From positions 186,001 through 250,000 of IMG/VR virus record IMGVR_UViG_3300047558_000137: a DNA stretch of 64,000 nt. One strand, written 5' to 3'. Below, piece after piece: positions 9,003-18,555 of the stretch. Numbering within the stretch: the first letter of the stretch is position 1; each line of letters begins with the position of its first letter. Both the position numbers and the translations under genes were made by a program. Below the pieces are notes generated by a model, which made no database searches, had not been told where the DNA came from, and worked only from the letters and a program-made list of their open reading frames with translations.

Positions 9003-10538
9003 ATGAACATCTATTTCTATAGTCCAAGCTCGGGCTATGTGAGACCGGAACAAGATCCGGACCTTTATCTAAACACCGTACCATTATACCTTGATAGCTA
9101 CATTAAAAATGAAGCTCCGCATCTCTATGAGCATATAACCTGGTGCAAAATACAATTATTAAGAAAGACCCAACAAGAAATTGTTGAACAACTAAAAGAA
9201 TACAACGCCGACATGTTATGTCTGAGCAGTTATATCTGGAACCATGTGCAAGTTATGGCTATAGCAACAGGAATTAAGCAATTCCTGCCAAACCTTATTG
9301 TAGTAGTTGGTGGTCCAAGTATTGATGTTTACCGAAATAGAGAATTTTTAAATCAACATATAGATGTTGACTATGCGGTTTATTCCCAAGGCGAAGAAGC
9401 ATTTGTGGAAATATTGGAGCATGAAATAAATCAGAGACCAATTGATCGGTTACGTGCATCAAATTTAAGTTGGCGAACTTCAACTGGAATTAGAGTTGCT
9501 GATCACAGAGTTTATAAAAAAACCAGTGGTAGTTATTATATCGATTCTAAACATTTACTTGAGCAAATAGTAGCAGATACAGAATATACTGGATACGAAT
9601 TTGCATTGCCTTATGAGACTAGTCGAGGGTGTCCGTTTAAATGCAGTTTTTGCGATTGGACCTCGGGTATTACACATAAGGTAAGCAAACGTCGATTTAA
9701 TTATCGAGATGAGTTTGAATTGTTTGGTAATCTAAACATATTGAAATTTTTTATGGCCGATGCAAACATTGGGCAATGGGACGACGACGTTGGTGTTGCC
9801 CATGCTATGTCTGATTTAAAACGTGAACGCGGATTCCAATTTCAAATACAAGGATGGAATGCTAGTAAAACCCACAAGAAAAATGCATTTGAAATGATGG
9901 ATATATTAGTCGGTGCAGACATTCTATATGCGCCTAAAATATCAGTGCAGGATATAAATGACCAAATTCTATTAGAAAATGATCGTCCTGATATCCCGTG
10001 GACTGAACATCTTACATATATACAACAATTAAAAAATAAACATCCGCATAAACCAGTAATAATAGAAATTATGATTGGACTGGTAGGACAAACTCGAGCG
10101 AGTATGCGTACTATGTTTAGAGAAATCTCTTTACATAAGTTTGTGTTTTTCCCACACCTATGGATTATGCTTCCCAATTCTCCCGCAGGTTACGACTTAG
10201 AATTTCGAAATAAAAATGAAATTGAAACTAGAATAATTGAATGCAATTATTTTATGAGTGAGCCAGCGGAAGGTGTAGTTAGCACCAAAAGTTATTCTCA
10301 AGAAGACTATGCCTACTTTGTTTTATTAACAGCCATTTATAGAATAATACAAATGGAATTTAAGCCGAAATACATCAGCATGAGTATTGATCAAATTGAA
10401 TCAACTGTTGACCGTTTAGTTTCTTCTGTAGTATTCCAAAAGGTATTTAAACAAACAGTATCCAATCTTCAACATAGTGTCGATTTATTTGACGCGGATG
10501 TCATAAGACAAATGGTATCGTTTTACTTAGTTGAATAA
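9003..10538 (+). CDS. B12-binding-domain radical SAM enzyme
   Basis: LSSYIWN..VVGGPS..GEEAF (B12-binding domain); ETSRGCPFKCSFCDW CxxxCxxC. Confidence 0.88.
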   Translation: MNIYFYSPSSGYVRPEQDPDLYLNTVPLYLDSYIKNEAPHLYEHITWCKIQLLRKTQQEIVEQLKEYNADMLCLSSYIWNHVQVMAIATGIKQFLPNLIVVVGGPSIDVYRNREFLNQHIDVDYAVYSQGEEAFVEILEHEINQRPIDRLRASNLSWRTSTGIRVADHRVYKKTSGSYYIDSKHLLEQIVADTEYTGYEFALPYETSRGCPFKCSFCDWTSGITHKVSKRRFNYRDEFELFGNLNILKFFMADANIGQWDDDVGVAHAMSDLKRERGFQFQIQGWNASKTHKKNAFEMMDILVGADILYAPKISVQDINDQILLENDRPDIPWTEHLTYIQQLKNKHPHKPVIIEIMIGLVGQTRASMRTMFREISLHKFVFFPHLWIMLPNSPAGYDLEFRNKNEIETRIIECNYFMSEPAEGVVSTKSYSQEDYAYFVLLTAIYRIIQMEFKPKYISMSIDQIESTVDRLVSSVVFQKVFKQTVSNLQHSVDLFDADVIRQMVSFYLVE

Positions 10539-11378
10539 AACTGATTTAACGCATTGATACCCAGCTAACACTGTTAAGTCTATAGGACTGACTAGATCTG
10601 CTACAGGCAAACTGCCGTTTGTATAGCACCATTGCCAGTCACCAAAAAACTCTCGATGCTTCTGATAGTATTCTAGCATTATAGCATGTTTCCTATTTGC
10701 CTGCACCTGATCTTGTGTAAAAAATCTTACTACAAAATCTGCGCTGTAATGCCTAAATGGTTGAAATGCTTCAGGGGCAATATACTGATCATTGTCCTCG
10801 GCTAGTTCCATAATGGTTTTGCCAATTTCAACATAGTTTAAAAATACAGTGCCCGGTGCCCATGTATCCACAAAGTAAGAGTAATCTGCAATATCAAGTG
10901 TGCGATCTTTTGGCAATCCAAACCAAGTAACAACATGCCTAGGTTCTGCACCCCTGGCCACTGTTTCACAACGATGCACCCAGATGTTTAAATCTGCTAG
11001 AGCACGTCTAGCAGATTCTGGTGCTGTACTCCAGTAGTCTCCAGTCTGTTGATCTAGTAGCCCGTGATGTACTTCAAACACGTGATGTAGGTAGTTAAGT
11101 GTGTCCTGATCACGTATATCCAGCAAAACTCTATTAATAATAGGTCTATGACTGTTTACCATGTCTATACATTTGTTAATGCCCGTTAATGCGTTTTTTA
11201 TTTGTTCTTCTTCTGCACCAAAGCCATAGAAGCGTTTGGGGTCATCAATTGGGTAATTGGCCTGTGCTGTTTTAACTCTTTCAATCCAGCGTTCAACTAC
11301 AGGATTGTCCCGTAGTGCAAATTCTAGTGTTATTGAGTCTGTAGAGTTTGTGTATTCTATTAACAGGCTTTTATGCAT
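10527..11378 (-). CDS. Conserved hypothetical phage protein
   Basis: 283 aa ORF with LNYLHHVFE..LNIWVHRCE His-rich motifs. Confidence 0.7.
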   Translation of the reverse strand: MHKSLLIEYTNSTDSITLEFALRDNPVVERWIERVKTAQANYPIDDPKRFYGFGAEEEQIKNALTGINKCIDMVNSHRPIINRVLLDIRDQDTLNYLHHVFEVHHGLLDQQTGDYWSTAPESARRALADLNIWVHRCETVARGAEPRHVVTWFGLPKDRTLDIADYSYFVDTWAPGTVFLNYVEIGKTIMELAEDNDQYIAPEAFQPFRHYSADFVVRFFTQDQVQANRKHAIMLEYYQKHREFFGDWQWCYTNGSLPVADLVSPIDLTVLAGYQCVKSVLFN

Positions 11379-11398
11379 CTAGGCATTTTAGCAGTTAA

Positions 11399-11896
11399 TT
11401 AACATTTTGTAAAGTCTTGATACTTAAACCACCGGCGTTGCCCATGTGATATTTTTAGATTAAGTCCATAATCGGCAAAACGATCTCGCCAAGCATAAAA
11501 GCTAGGTCCATGTGCGCCGGACTGTTCATACATGGGTCGGCCATAAAGATCAAGGTGCTCCCAACGGTAGATGTCCCACTGATATTGGTGAACCATTTCG
11601 TGTGCTAGGGTATTCAGGAACCATTGGGAGCAGAACCATTTATCCATTAGACTAATAACGCAATAGGAACCCGAAGGCTGTTTGTTGTAGAACCAGCGAC
11701 AGTGGCCCCATGCTTTGCGTATGGACTTTACGTGTATGTCTGGGCGTTTTAGGGCATTGTCAAACACATGCCTGTTTAGAATGTTATATGCGTATATAAC
11801 TTCGTTTGGGTCGGGGCGAAATAACTTACGGCGTTGATAAGTTAGACTAGGAAGCTCTGCTTCCATGATTGCTCTTACTGGGTTTGGTCTAGCCAT
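11399..11896 (-). CDS. SprT-like zinc metalloprotease
   Basis: TLAHEMVHQYQ (HExxH) and AHGPSF. Confidence 0.8.
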   Translation of the reverse strand: MARPNPVRAIMEAELPSLTYQRRKLFRPDPNEVIYAYNILNRHVFDNALKRPDIHVKSIRKAWGHCRWFYNKQPSGSYCVISLMDKWFCSQWFLNTLAHEMVHQYQWDIYRWEHLDLYGRPMYEQSGAHGPSFYAWRDRFADYGLNLKISHGQRRWFKYQDFTKC

Positions 11897-11952
11897 AAAA
11901 AAGCCCTCGCTAAGGTATTTACATACCCCAGGAGAGCTCTTTATAGCTGTGT

Positions 11953-12672
11953 TTAACGAACTGTAGTTTGCCCGATAACTGCGCCTTCTTTTTGCAGTGC
12001 CGCATCACGTTTTTGCACGTATTCTTTGTTATCTACATTAAGCAAAGTAATACCGCCTGTAACTGCTGGCTTGTCTGGATCAGCATTAGACTGTGGCTTA
12101 CCATCAACCTTTTCGTCAAGTTCCTTAAAGGCTTTTTCTTTGCGTTCACCTTCTGTTAAGCGGTCTTTACGAGCATCAGCTTCTTTACGCATTGTGTTAG
12201 CATCGCCAATTGGTAGTGCAACCAACACGTATGTGCGTACACGATTACCTTCGGCCACGTGCTTCATCTCCACAGTTTCAACACCAGTGATATCTACGTC
12301 AGGGCAAATACTGCGAACTGCCATTTCCATAGTCATACCATCTTGTGTGCCAAACATTTTAGTTTGACTACGAACACGGCCGCCTGCGGCTACACAGATC
12401 TTAGTGTAGGCAATAGTCTTGGCCATCATGTCAGCCATTGCAAAGTCTGCGCTGACTGCTGTGCCGTTTTCGTAGACAGCGTTTGTGCTCTTAGGCAACT
12501 TGCTCATCCAGTCCGGGGCCTGGGTAACTGCCTGTGTTGCGGCCTGTGCCTGTGCGGCACGTTCTTGCGCGGCACGATTGCCATATGGGTCAGCTGACGC
12601 TGTAGTCTCAGGCTTAGTTGAGCTACATGCTGTGAGCAATGCAACTGCGGCGATTGTTAAAAGATGTTTCAT
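11953..12672 (-). CDS. Lipoprotein
   Basis: Lipobox LLTAC; APDWM motif. Confidence 0.75.
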   Translation of the reverse strand: MKHLLTIAAVALLTACSSTKPETTASADPYGNRAAQERAAQAQAATQAVTQAPDWMSKLPKSTNAVYENGTAVSADFAMADMMAKTIAYTKICVAAGGRVRSQTKMFGTQDGMTMEMAVRSICPDVDITGVETVEMKHVAEGNRVRTYVLVALPIGDANTMRKEADARKDRLTEGERKEKAFKELDEKVDGKPQSNADPDKPAVTGGITLLNVDNKEYVQKRDAALQKEGAVIGQTTVR

Positions 12673-12718
12673 GTTTTACCTTTCGGTTGTTTAAAATTAA
12701 ATTATAGCACCAAAATCT

Positions 12719-13402
12719 TTAGGCCTGTTGTTTTTCTGCAACAAATGCTAAAAATTCTTCGTCTAGGGCTTTTTGCTTAGGATCTTCCCACAAGAACTTA
12801 TGGGTAGGGGCAGTGGGTCTGGACTTGTTTTGCAACTCAGCCCAAACACAATCTTTTTCGTATTGCTCAATGATACCAGCAGTAACTTCTGGCCAATCAT
12901 AATCAAAGATACGAAAATCCCAGCTATAGCAATTAACTGGACCAAAAACATCTGTGCTGTTGTTATGACCAAAGCGTTGGAATCGTGCGCTGGACACCTT
13001 GGACCATGGTCCATTATAAGATCCGCCACCGCCAGTGCCGGTGTGAACTAATGCTCGGCGGAATGGGTCACTGCCAAAAGTGTAGCCACGTTCGTATCGG
13101 TAACGAACCCATACACGACCTGTCCACCCTGGGTAGCCTGTGGGCACACCATCTTTACGCATGAAATTCTGTGGGTAGCCTTCGGGCCCGCTGTGGCTAT
13201 TACTGACATGGTCAGTATGCGTTACTTGCCAACTAAGACCAACACATTCCACCTTGGGGCTTTCTGTGTAGACCTGTTTGCGTTTAACTGTGGAAATACG
13301 GCGCTCACGATGTTCGTTGAGAACCTGAATTACTGCAAACCCAAGCTCGTCCATTGTACGAGGTTCGGTACCGTAAATTGATTTGGCGTATTGTTTGTTC
13401 AT
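12719..13402 (-). CDS. Hypothetical protein (start revised to MNKQY, probably leaderless)
   Basis: TATAAT lies 6 nt upstream of the ATG at 13402. Confidence 0.7.
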   Translation of the reverse strand: MNKQYAKSIYGTEPRTMDELGFAVIQVLNEHRERRISTVKRKQVYTESPKVECVGLSWQVTHTDHVSNSHSGPEGYPQNFMRKDGVPTGYPGWTGRVWVRYRYERGYTFGSDPFRRALVHTGTGGGGSYNGPWSKVSSARFQRFGHNNSTDVFGPVNCYSWDFRIFDYDWPEVTAGIIEQYEKDCVWAELQNKSRPTAPTHKFLWEDPKQKALDEEFLAFVAEKQQA

Positions 13403-13425
13403 AGCTATATTATAACACCAAAAAC

Positions 13426-13986
13426 TCAGTATTTGTCCACAACTTGCCATTTGGAGTTTTTTGTTGTATTTTCGCGACAAATAACACCTTGATGTGTATA
13501 CAAATTACGATCATTTGAGTTACGCTCTACAAACATACGGCACTGCGTATTCTTGTAGCGGAAGTAGGGGCGCTCTGCAGGAATGATGTGTACGTCAACT
13601 TCGCTTTCCCAAATTGACTCACCAATCCTAACACGGCGAACACGTATGTCTGGAAGATCGCTACAGACCATCTGCTGATCTGCGCCAACTCGCTGTGGCA
13701 CAACTTCTGTTAGCACGGCGCCACGTTTCATGTCCATTGCTTGAGCGCAGGCCTGTGCTTCGGTTTTGCCAACGCCTTCGCCTTCAATGGTTTGCCAATC
13801 TTCGTTAATGTTAAGACGATAGCGTATAACACATTTCTGTCCACGAGCATCTGGCGTTACCATGCGTTGAATGTCTGTGGGCTCTCCAAACACTGTCTTG
13901 GTAGACAAGTTCACAGCAACACGCATATGACAATCTGCATAGACTGCGCCAGATGCAATTAACAGTAGTAAGGCTAATCGTTTCAT
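13426..13986 (-). CDS. Secreted Cys-containing hypothetical protein
   Basis: Signal peptide MKRLALLLLIASGAVYA. Confidence 0.7.
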   Translation of the reverse strand: MKRLALLLLIASGAVYADCHMRVAVNLSTKTVFGEPTDIQRMVTPDARGQKCVIRYRLNINEDWQTIEGEGVGKTEAQACAQAMDMKRGAVLTEVVPQRVGADQQMVCSDLPDIRVRRVRIGESIWESEVDVHIIPAERPYFRYKNTQCRMFVERNSNDRNLYTHQGVICRENTTKNSKWQVVDKY

Positions 13987-14279
13987 TTCTTTGCGTACCT
14001 GTCAGGGTTTGCACAACCAATGCGTAGACTCCAAATTTGAATTCGAGCTGTAGCATTGAACTCTCTGTCCTCGCCATGCAGGTCCTCGGGATTTGCATAG
14101 AAGGTGCCACGCAACCTAAGTTGATTTTCGGCCCACTTAACTCGCTGATCAATGTATGGGCAATCGCGACTGCTCAACTTGACGGCTTTAAGTTCGGCCA
14201 AACTTACACTCTTAGGCTGGGGTGGCGCCTGTGTAGCACACCCAGTAAGTAGGGCAAGAATGATTAGGCCGACTCGCAC
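13983..14279 (-). CDS. Lipoprotein
   Basis: Lipobox LLTGC. Confidence 0.7.
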   Translation of the reverse strand: MRVGLIILALLTGCATQAPPQPKSVSLAELKAVKLSSRDCPYIDQRVKWAENQLRLRGTFYANPEDLHGEDREFNATARIQIWSLRIGCANPDRYAKK

Positions 14280-14449
14280 TGTGTACGGGGTTGTTTGTGG
14301 AATGTTACCACAGATTTAATGGCCTGCTTGGCAGTGGCCTCGTTAACACCAGCGTTACGCTGAACATAGCGAACAGCATCATAGGTGTTAAATTGCAGGG
14401 TGAAGATTGCTTCGTTAGCAAAGCGTTCGACTTGGTTAGTTTGCATCAT
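14264..14449 (-). CDS. Hypothetical protein
   Basis: AAGGAGA RBS. Confidence 0.7.
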   Translation of the reverse strand: MMQTNQVERFANEAIFTLQFNTYDAVRYVQRNAGVNEATAKQAIKSVVTFHKQPRTQCESA

Positions 14450-14493
14450 TTTCTCCTTTAGATGGATGCTTGGGTTTACGTTGATATTGTAAC

Positions 14494-14811
14494 TTAGATT
14501 TGATTTGTTTTGGCCGAAACGGACTGTTTTCGTCGAACAGTACCCGATGTGCCCGTGGGTTTGGATTTGGGTTTCTTGGGATTTTTAGTTTTAGCCTTTC
14601 TGACATTTTTAAATTCCTCTTTTACATACCATTCAAGCATCAAGTTATTCACATGGCTCACTAGGTCTGTAGTTAAACTTTCTGCCATAAACCGCACAGG
14701 GCATTGGCCCCAACTGCGTTTTACGGTAAACTCCTGATACCATTTTCTGTGTTCCGGATTCTCAGGGTTAAACGCCACAATAGGCCGGGACCGTAAGTAT
14801 AATAAACTCAA
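14494..14811 (-). CDS. Hypothetical protein with a basic tail
   Basis: AGGAG RBS, promoter-like TATAAT upstream. Confidence 0.65.
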   Translation of the reverse strand: MSLLYLRSRPIVAFNPENPEHRKWYQEFTVKRSWGQCPVRFMAESLTTDLVSHVNNLMLEWYVKEEFKNVRKAKTKNPKKPKSKPTGTSGTVRRKQSVSAKTNQI

Positions 14812-14857
14812 GTTGGACTCCTAGTCTAAACAAGTGCATATTATACTGCGTCTTGAA

Positions 14858-15061
14858 TTAAACTAACGACTCGTAGGCCATTTCATTGACCATTTCCGGG
14901 CAGGCGCGAGTCAATTGCTCTAACTCATCGTCGGTTAGCTCAGTGCCATCTTCATACTCACCATATGAAAAATAAGCATCGCAGAAGTCTGGGTAGTCTG
15001 TGCTGTCAACACCGTCGACTTCCAAACTGTTTATTGCAATAGCACGACCATTGAGTTCCAT
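14858..15061 (-). CDS. Small acidic conserved phage protein
   Basis: DGVDSTDYPDFCDAY..DGTELTDDELE. Confidence 0.7.
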   Translation of the reverse strand: MELNGRAIAINSLEVDGVDSTDYPDFCDAYFSYGEYEDGTELTDDELEQLTRACPEMVNEMAYESLV

Positions 15062-15363
15062 TATGCGGCTTCCAACATATTAGCTGGCACACGCCAGGTT
15101 GATGTGATCAGTGAACCAGTGCGTTGTTCAGCTACTAGAATGTATTTAATGTTGATCTTTTTAATAGTACCAACAGTAATACCACCAGATCGATTGTTGC
15201 GGAACTTAACAGTATCACCTACTGAGAACTGACGTTTGTTTTCTTTTGTAAGTTGAGCTCTACGATACTTGACTGCATCAGTGATTGAGTTCAACTCATC
15301 GTTAGTAAGATTACCAAACATGATAGCAGTGTTGATCTGCTGGATTTGAGTTAGCTGTTCCAT
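15061..15363 (-). CDS. Hypothetical SH3-like protein
   Basis: FSVGDTVKF..GTIKKIN..WRVPANML. Confidence 0.7.
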   Translation of the reverse strand: MEQLTQIQQINTAIMFGNLTNDELNSITDAVKYRRAQLTKENKRQFSVGDTVKFRNNRSGGITVGTIKKINIKYILVAEQRTGSLITSTWRVPANMLEAA

Positions 15364-15759
15364 TTAAGCCTCCACGGTGTAGGGTTTGTTCCAAGAACCA
15401 ATATTAACATCAACATACCAGCCCACATCAAAGTAGTCCGACTGTATGTCACTACGATCATGATTGCCTTGATTCATTGCTGTGAACAATTCAATCAGAA
15501 ACTCTTTTGCATCACCATCAAAGTGATTGCGATAGTGATAAGGATTAACATCAATGGCCTGCTTCTGTGCGGCCCAACCGTCGGGTTGATCAATAACACG
15601 AACATGGTTACCAATCAGATCCAAACGACCTGACTTGATGTTAACGCAAAGTGTCATATGATTGCGAACTGCAATAGTTGCCTTGATGCCGTATTTCTTG
15701 CAGGCTGCTTTGATAGCCGGGGCCAACTGTGCTTTGCGTTCTTGACTCATATATGCCAT
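15364..15759 (-). CDS. Conserved early phage protein (LPD29-like)
   Basis: DRSDIQSDYFDVGWY motif; CAGGAG RBS downstream of the early promoter. Confidence 0.65.
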   Translation of the reverse strand: MAYMSQERKAQLAPAIKAACKKYGIKATIAVRNHMTLCVNIKSGRLDLIGNHVRVIDQPDGWAAQKQAIDVNPYHYRNHFDGDAKEFLIELFTAMNQGNHDRSDIQSDYFDVGWYVDVNIGSWNKPYTVEA

Positions 15760-15760
15760 T

Positions 15761-15855
15761 TTCAACTCCTGGTTGTTTGTTGCTATGTCTAAATTATAGC
15801 ACCATTTTGGGCAGATTTATCCAAAAAGTGTTGTTTTGTTGCAAAAATACAACAA
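15761..15855 (-). promoter_or_regulatory. Early promoter/RBS unit (near-duplicate of 19321-19417)
   Basis: GCCCAAAATGGTGCTATAAT..GACATAGCAACAAACAACCAGGAGTT; palindrome TTGTTGCAAAAATACAACAA at 15836-15855. Confidence 0.75.
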
Positions 15856-15858
15856 AAA

Positions 15859-16023
15859 TCAATCAATTTGTACGTCAGCAATCTTCCCGTTACGGAAAAT
15901 GTAATACGAATTTACTAATCCGTAGCTAACCCAAATGCAGTTGTTACCCGCTTGCATACTGTAGTTTTCAATGCCACGTTTACGCAGATCTTCAATGACC
16001 AGCATCTGCTCAAACTCATTCAT
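15859..16023 (-). CDS. Small hypothetical protein (54 aa)
   Basis: Manual translation MNEFEQMLVIEDLRKRGIENYSMQAGNNCIWVSYGLVNSYYIFRNGKIADVQID. Confidence 0.6.
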   Translation of the reverse strand: MNEFEQMLVIEDLRKRGIENYSMQAGNNCIWVSYGLVNSYYIFRNGKIADVQID

Positions 16024-16222
16024 TTTTACCCCAAATAAATTCTTCTAAGTCGTAGAGGACTTCTGCTTTACTGTTTCCACTTTTAGAAACGATTGTCATA
16101 CATTCTTTGACGAGCAACTCGGCGAACTTTTCTTTGTCAAAGATCCAACCTTCACCGCTTGTTGATGTTGGCTCAATGTAAGTCGTAGCCTGTTCAGCAA
16201 GTTGTTTAATTCGTTCGTTCAT
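16016..16222 (-). CDS. MNERI-family small protein
   Basis: MNERIKQLAEQA..EKFAELLVKEC. Confidence 0.8.
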   Translation of the reverse strand: MNERIKQLAEQATTYIEPTSTSGEGWIFDKEKFAELLVKECMTIVSKSGNSKAEVLYDLEEFIWGKNE

Positions 16223-16419
16223 ACATATACTCCTGATTCGTATCCTTCTACGCCTTTGATGACTTCTTCAAGTGTGTAAGTATTACCAAACAACTCAATT
16301 TCTTCGGGCCAGTCGTCCATTAGCCCTTCTTGCAATCCGTATGATTGTAGTTTTCCGTTTGGCAAACGCTTACCAGCGAGGTCAAATCCTGCTAAAAACG
16401 GTTTTAATTCTTCGTTCAT
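16219..16419 (-). CDS. Hypothetical cargo protein
   Basis: ATGA-coupled within the array. Confidence 0.7.
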   Translation of the reverse strand: MNEELKPFLAGFDLAGKRLPNGKLQSYGLQEGLMDDWPEEIELFGNTYTLEEVIKGVEGYESGVYV

Positions 16420-16613
16420 TCTTCATCACTCCTTAACGGCACGGTATAACTGCTGGCACCATGAATCTTCATCATGTGTTGGGCCAAAAGCACAGCATTT
16501 TCTCGGTTTGTGGCAAACACAGGATAAAAACTAATACTGGCTTGATACTCACCATTGGGTTTTTCTCCCAACTGAGTGAAACTCAAATTCACCACAAACT
16601 CTTTGGCTTTCAT
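16416..16613 (-). CDS. Hypothetical cargo protein
   Basis: Starts at GGAGTTGAAGAATGA and ends in the variant GGAGTGATGAAGAATGA. Confidence 0.7.
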   Translation of the reverse strand: MKAKEFVVNLSFTQLGEKPNGEYQASISFYPVFATNRENAVLLAQHMMKIHGASSYTVPLRSDEE

Positions 16614-16624
16614 TCTTCAACTCC

Positions 16625-16900
16625 TTATTGAAATTGCCGACGGCTACGACCGATTTCATCACACTTGGCAACAAACTTTGGATTCAATTCAAATGGTTTA
16701 TTGATTGGATCGGTGTTCATCATACGCTTGAGTTCATCAGCATTAGCAAGAATCAACTCAGCGAACTTTTTAAGTTCATCTTCGATAAAATCTTCAGCCC
16801 AAAAGTATTCGTGACCGTTTTGGTAATTACCAACCGTGTAGATAGCACCATTGGTTTCAAACCCAGCCCGTAGAGCAAGTTCTTTTAATCGTTCATTCAT
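16625..16900 (-). CDS. MNERI-family small protein
   Basis: MNERLKELA..KKFAELIL. Confidence 0.8.
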   Translation of the reverse strand: MNERLKELALRAGFETNGAIYTVGNYQNGHEYFWAEDFIEDELKKFAELILANADELKRMMNTDPINKPFELNPKFVAKCDEIGRSRRQFQ

Positions 16901-17136
16901 TCTTCAACTCCAAAATGTTCTTTAATATTGTCTGAGCAGGCCTTAGTGACTATTGCTACCCTAATTGGATAGATTCCGAATCTTTCAACATCTTTGTGTT
17001 TATAACAAGCATCGGCACATTCCCGAACAATTAACTCAGCAAATTTTTCAACATCGCTGTCATCTGAAAAATGCCACTCTCCATTATCGTAACGGAATCC
17101 TGTCTGTTCAGCAAGTTGTTTAATTCGTTCGTTCAC
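16897..17136 (-). CDS. MNERI-family small protein
   Basis: MNERIKQLAEQ..EKFAELIVREC..KEHFGVEE (GTG start). Confidence 0.85.
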   Translation of the reverse strand: MNERIKQLAEQTGFRYDNGEWHFSDDSDVEKFAELIVRECADACYKHKDVERFGIYPIRVAIVTKACSDNIKEHFGVEE

Positions 17137-17357
17137 GGCACCCTCACAAAATCAACATTTTCAACTGCGTCAGTTTTGAACACTCTACCCAGGATGCGAC
17201 TACCAACCGTACCACTCTTACTCAAGTAGTAATCATTGTTTGGCATCAACGAACCGTAGATAGTGCCGCCCACTTTTACTCCACTACCAGGAATCTTTTT
17301 CAATAGCTTTGCTTTGAAAACAACAAGTAAATTAGGATTACTATTATGGATAATCAT
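17133..17357 (-). CDS. Hypothetical cargo protein
   Basis: Coupled between repeat blocks. Confidence 0.7.
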   Translation of the reverse strand: MIIHNSNPNLLVVFKAKLLKKIPGSGVKVGGTIYGSLMPNNDYYLSKSGTVGSRILGRVFKTDAVENVDFVRVP

Positions 17358-17578
17358 TCTTCAACTCCGAAATGTTCTTTGTATCGGTTTAGCATCCGTT
17401 CAAACGCATTGAACGCTAACTCTTGTCGATTCAATTCAATGCATTCCTTTACAATCAACTCGGCGTGCTTGACAGAAACAATGGCATAGTAAATGTCATT
17501 GTATCGGAGTGCTGGTGGCACTTTGCTATCAGCATATTCCAACGCTTGAGTGTATAGTTCTCCAATTCGTTCATTCAT
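17354..17578 (-). CDS. MNERI-family small protein
   Basis: MNERIGEL..KHAELIVKEC..KEHFGVEE. Confidence 0.85.
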   Translation of the reverse strand: MNERIGELYTQALEYADSKVPPALRYNDIYYAIVSVKHAELIVKECIELNRQELAFNAFERMLNRYKEHFGVEE

Positions 17579-17581
17579 TCT

Positions 17582-17803
17582 TCAACTCCGAAATGTTCTT
17601 GCCACATACGCTTGGGTTCGCTGATTATTGGTTGCTTTGCCATGAAACCATTCAGATTCTACCATTGCATCCAACACCATTCGTTCCATCAACTCTACAT
17701 ACTTTTCTGCGTATGCTTGACTATACGGCATTGCTGTAGTTTCGTTTTGCTTGACAGCATAGATACGAGCCTGTTGCTCAAGTTCTTGAATTCGTTCGTT
17801 CAT
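17582..17803 (-). CDS. MNERI-family small protein (3' block read in a shifted frame)
   Basis: MNERIQELEQQA..EKYVEL. Ends RTFRS over the DNA AGAACATTTCGGAGTTGA. Confidence 0.75.
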   Translation of the reverse strand: MNERIQELEQQARIYAVKQNETTAMPYSQAYAEKYVELMERMVLDAMVESEWFHGKATNNQRTQAYVARTFRS

Positions 17804-18108
17804 TTCATTGCCCCCATAATCAGGTTAGCAAACATTTGTTCTTGCTTGCTGATAGTTTCTTCAATGTCTGCATCAAGATCACGGAACTCAACATTAGAAC
17901 GGTTGCGTTGCAGAGTATAGCCGCGGCGTGCCATGAAGTGCAGGAACACATCAACAGTGTAGATCTGTGCAGTTATAAAATCAATCTGTGGCTCAGGCTT
18001 AACACGACTGTGGATTGTTTTAAATAGATCCTTGCAGTCGTGAAAGTCTTTCATGCACTCGGGCAGGTGGCGCTTTTCTTCTAACCAAGCTTCAAGATTC
18101 TTTGACAT
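17800..18108 (-). CDS. Conserved phage hypothetical protein
   Basis: HLPECMKDFHDCKDLFK..YTVDVFLHFMARRGYTLQR. Confidence 0.75.
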   Translation of the reverse strand: MSKNLEAWLEEKRHLPECMKDFHDCKDLFKTIHSRVKPEPQIDFITAQIYTVDVFLHFMARRGYTLQRNRSNVEFRDLDADIEETISKQEQMFANLIMGAMK

Positions 18109-18289
18109 CTGTGTCTCCTTGCGACATTACTTTTGAGTTGGGAATAGAAACCTTAAACCCTGCAGGATGTTCTGCAATGATATGCATACAACCATGAGCG
18201 TTTGTTTCGGGCAGAGTGTGACTAATATAAGTCAGCACCGTACCCGGTGTGATATCGTAGTGCTGTTCTATTACAACAAACTTTTTCAT
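18092..18289 (-). CDS. Hypothetical protein
   Basis: ORF with RBS in the operon. Confidence 0.65.
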   Translation of the reverse strand: MKKFVVIEQHYDITPGTVLTYISHTLPETNAHGCMHIIAEHPAGFKVSIPNSKVMSQGDTDVKES

Positions 18290-18291
18290 CT

Positions 18292-18555
18292 TTAATCCTT
18301 AAAACGCTCACGCATCACTTCCAACACGTACAACGCACTGTTGACTCGTTTGTTGACTTCTTCGGCAGAGAGACCATCATTGAATCCAGTTTGAGCGATG
18401 CGTGTGGCAGTTTGTTTAACTGTTTCAGTGAATTCAACGATCATCAACTCGGCAAAGTGATTTACCATTGCTGACAATTCTTCACTCATGCCAGCAATAC
18501 CTGTTGGGTTTTTGCTAACATACTCTTTAATATCTTCTGGTTTAATATAATTCAT
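18292..18555 (-). CDS. Divergent MNERI-related protein (start MNYIK)
   Basis: Carries HFAELMI over the block-B DNA at 18445. Confidence 0.6.
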   Translation of the reverse strand: MNYIKPEDIKEYVSKNPTGIAGMSEELSAMVNHFAELMIVEFTETVKQTATRIAQTGFNDGLSAEEVNKRVNSALYVLEVMRERFKD

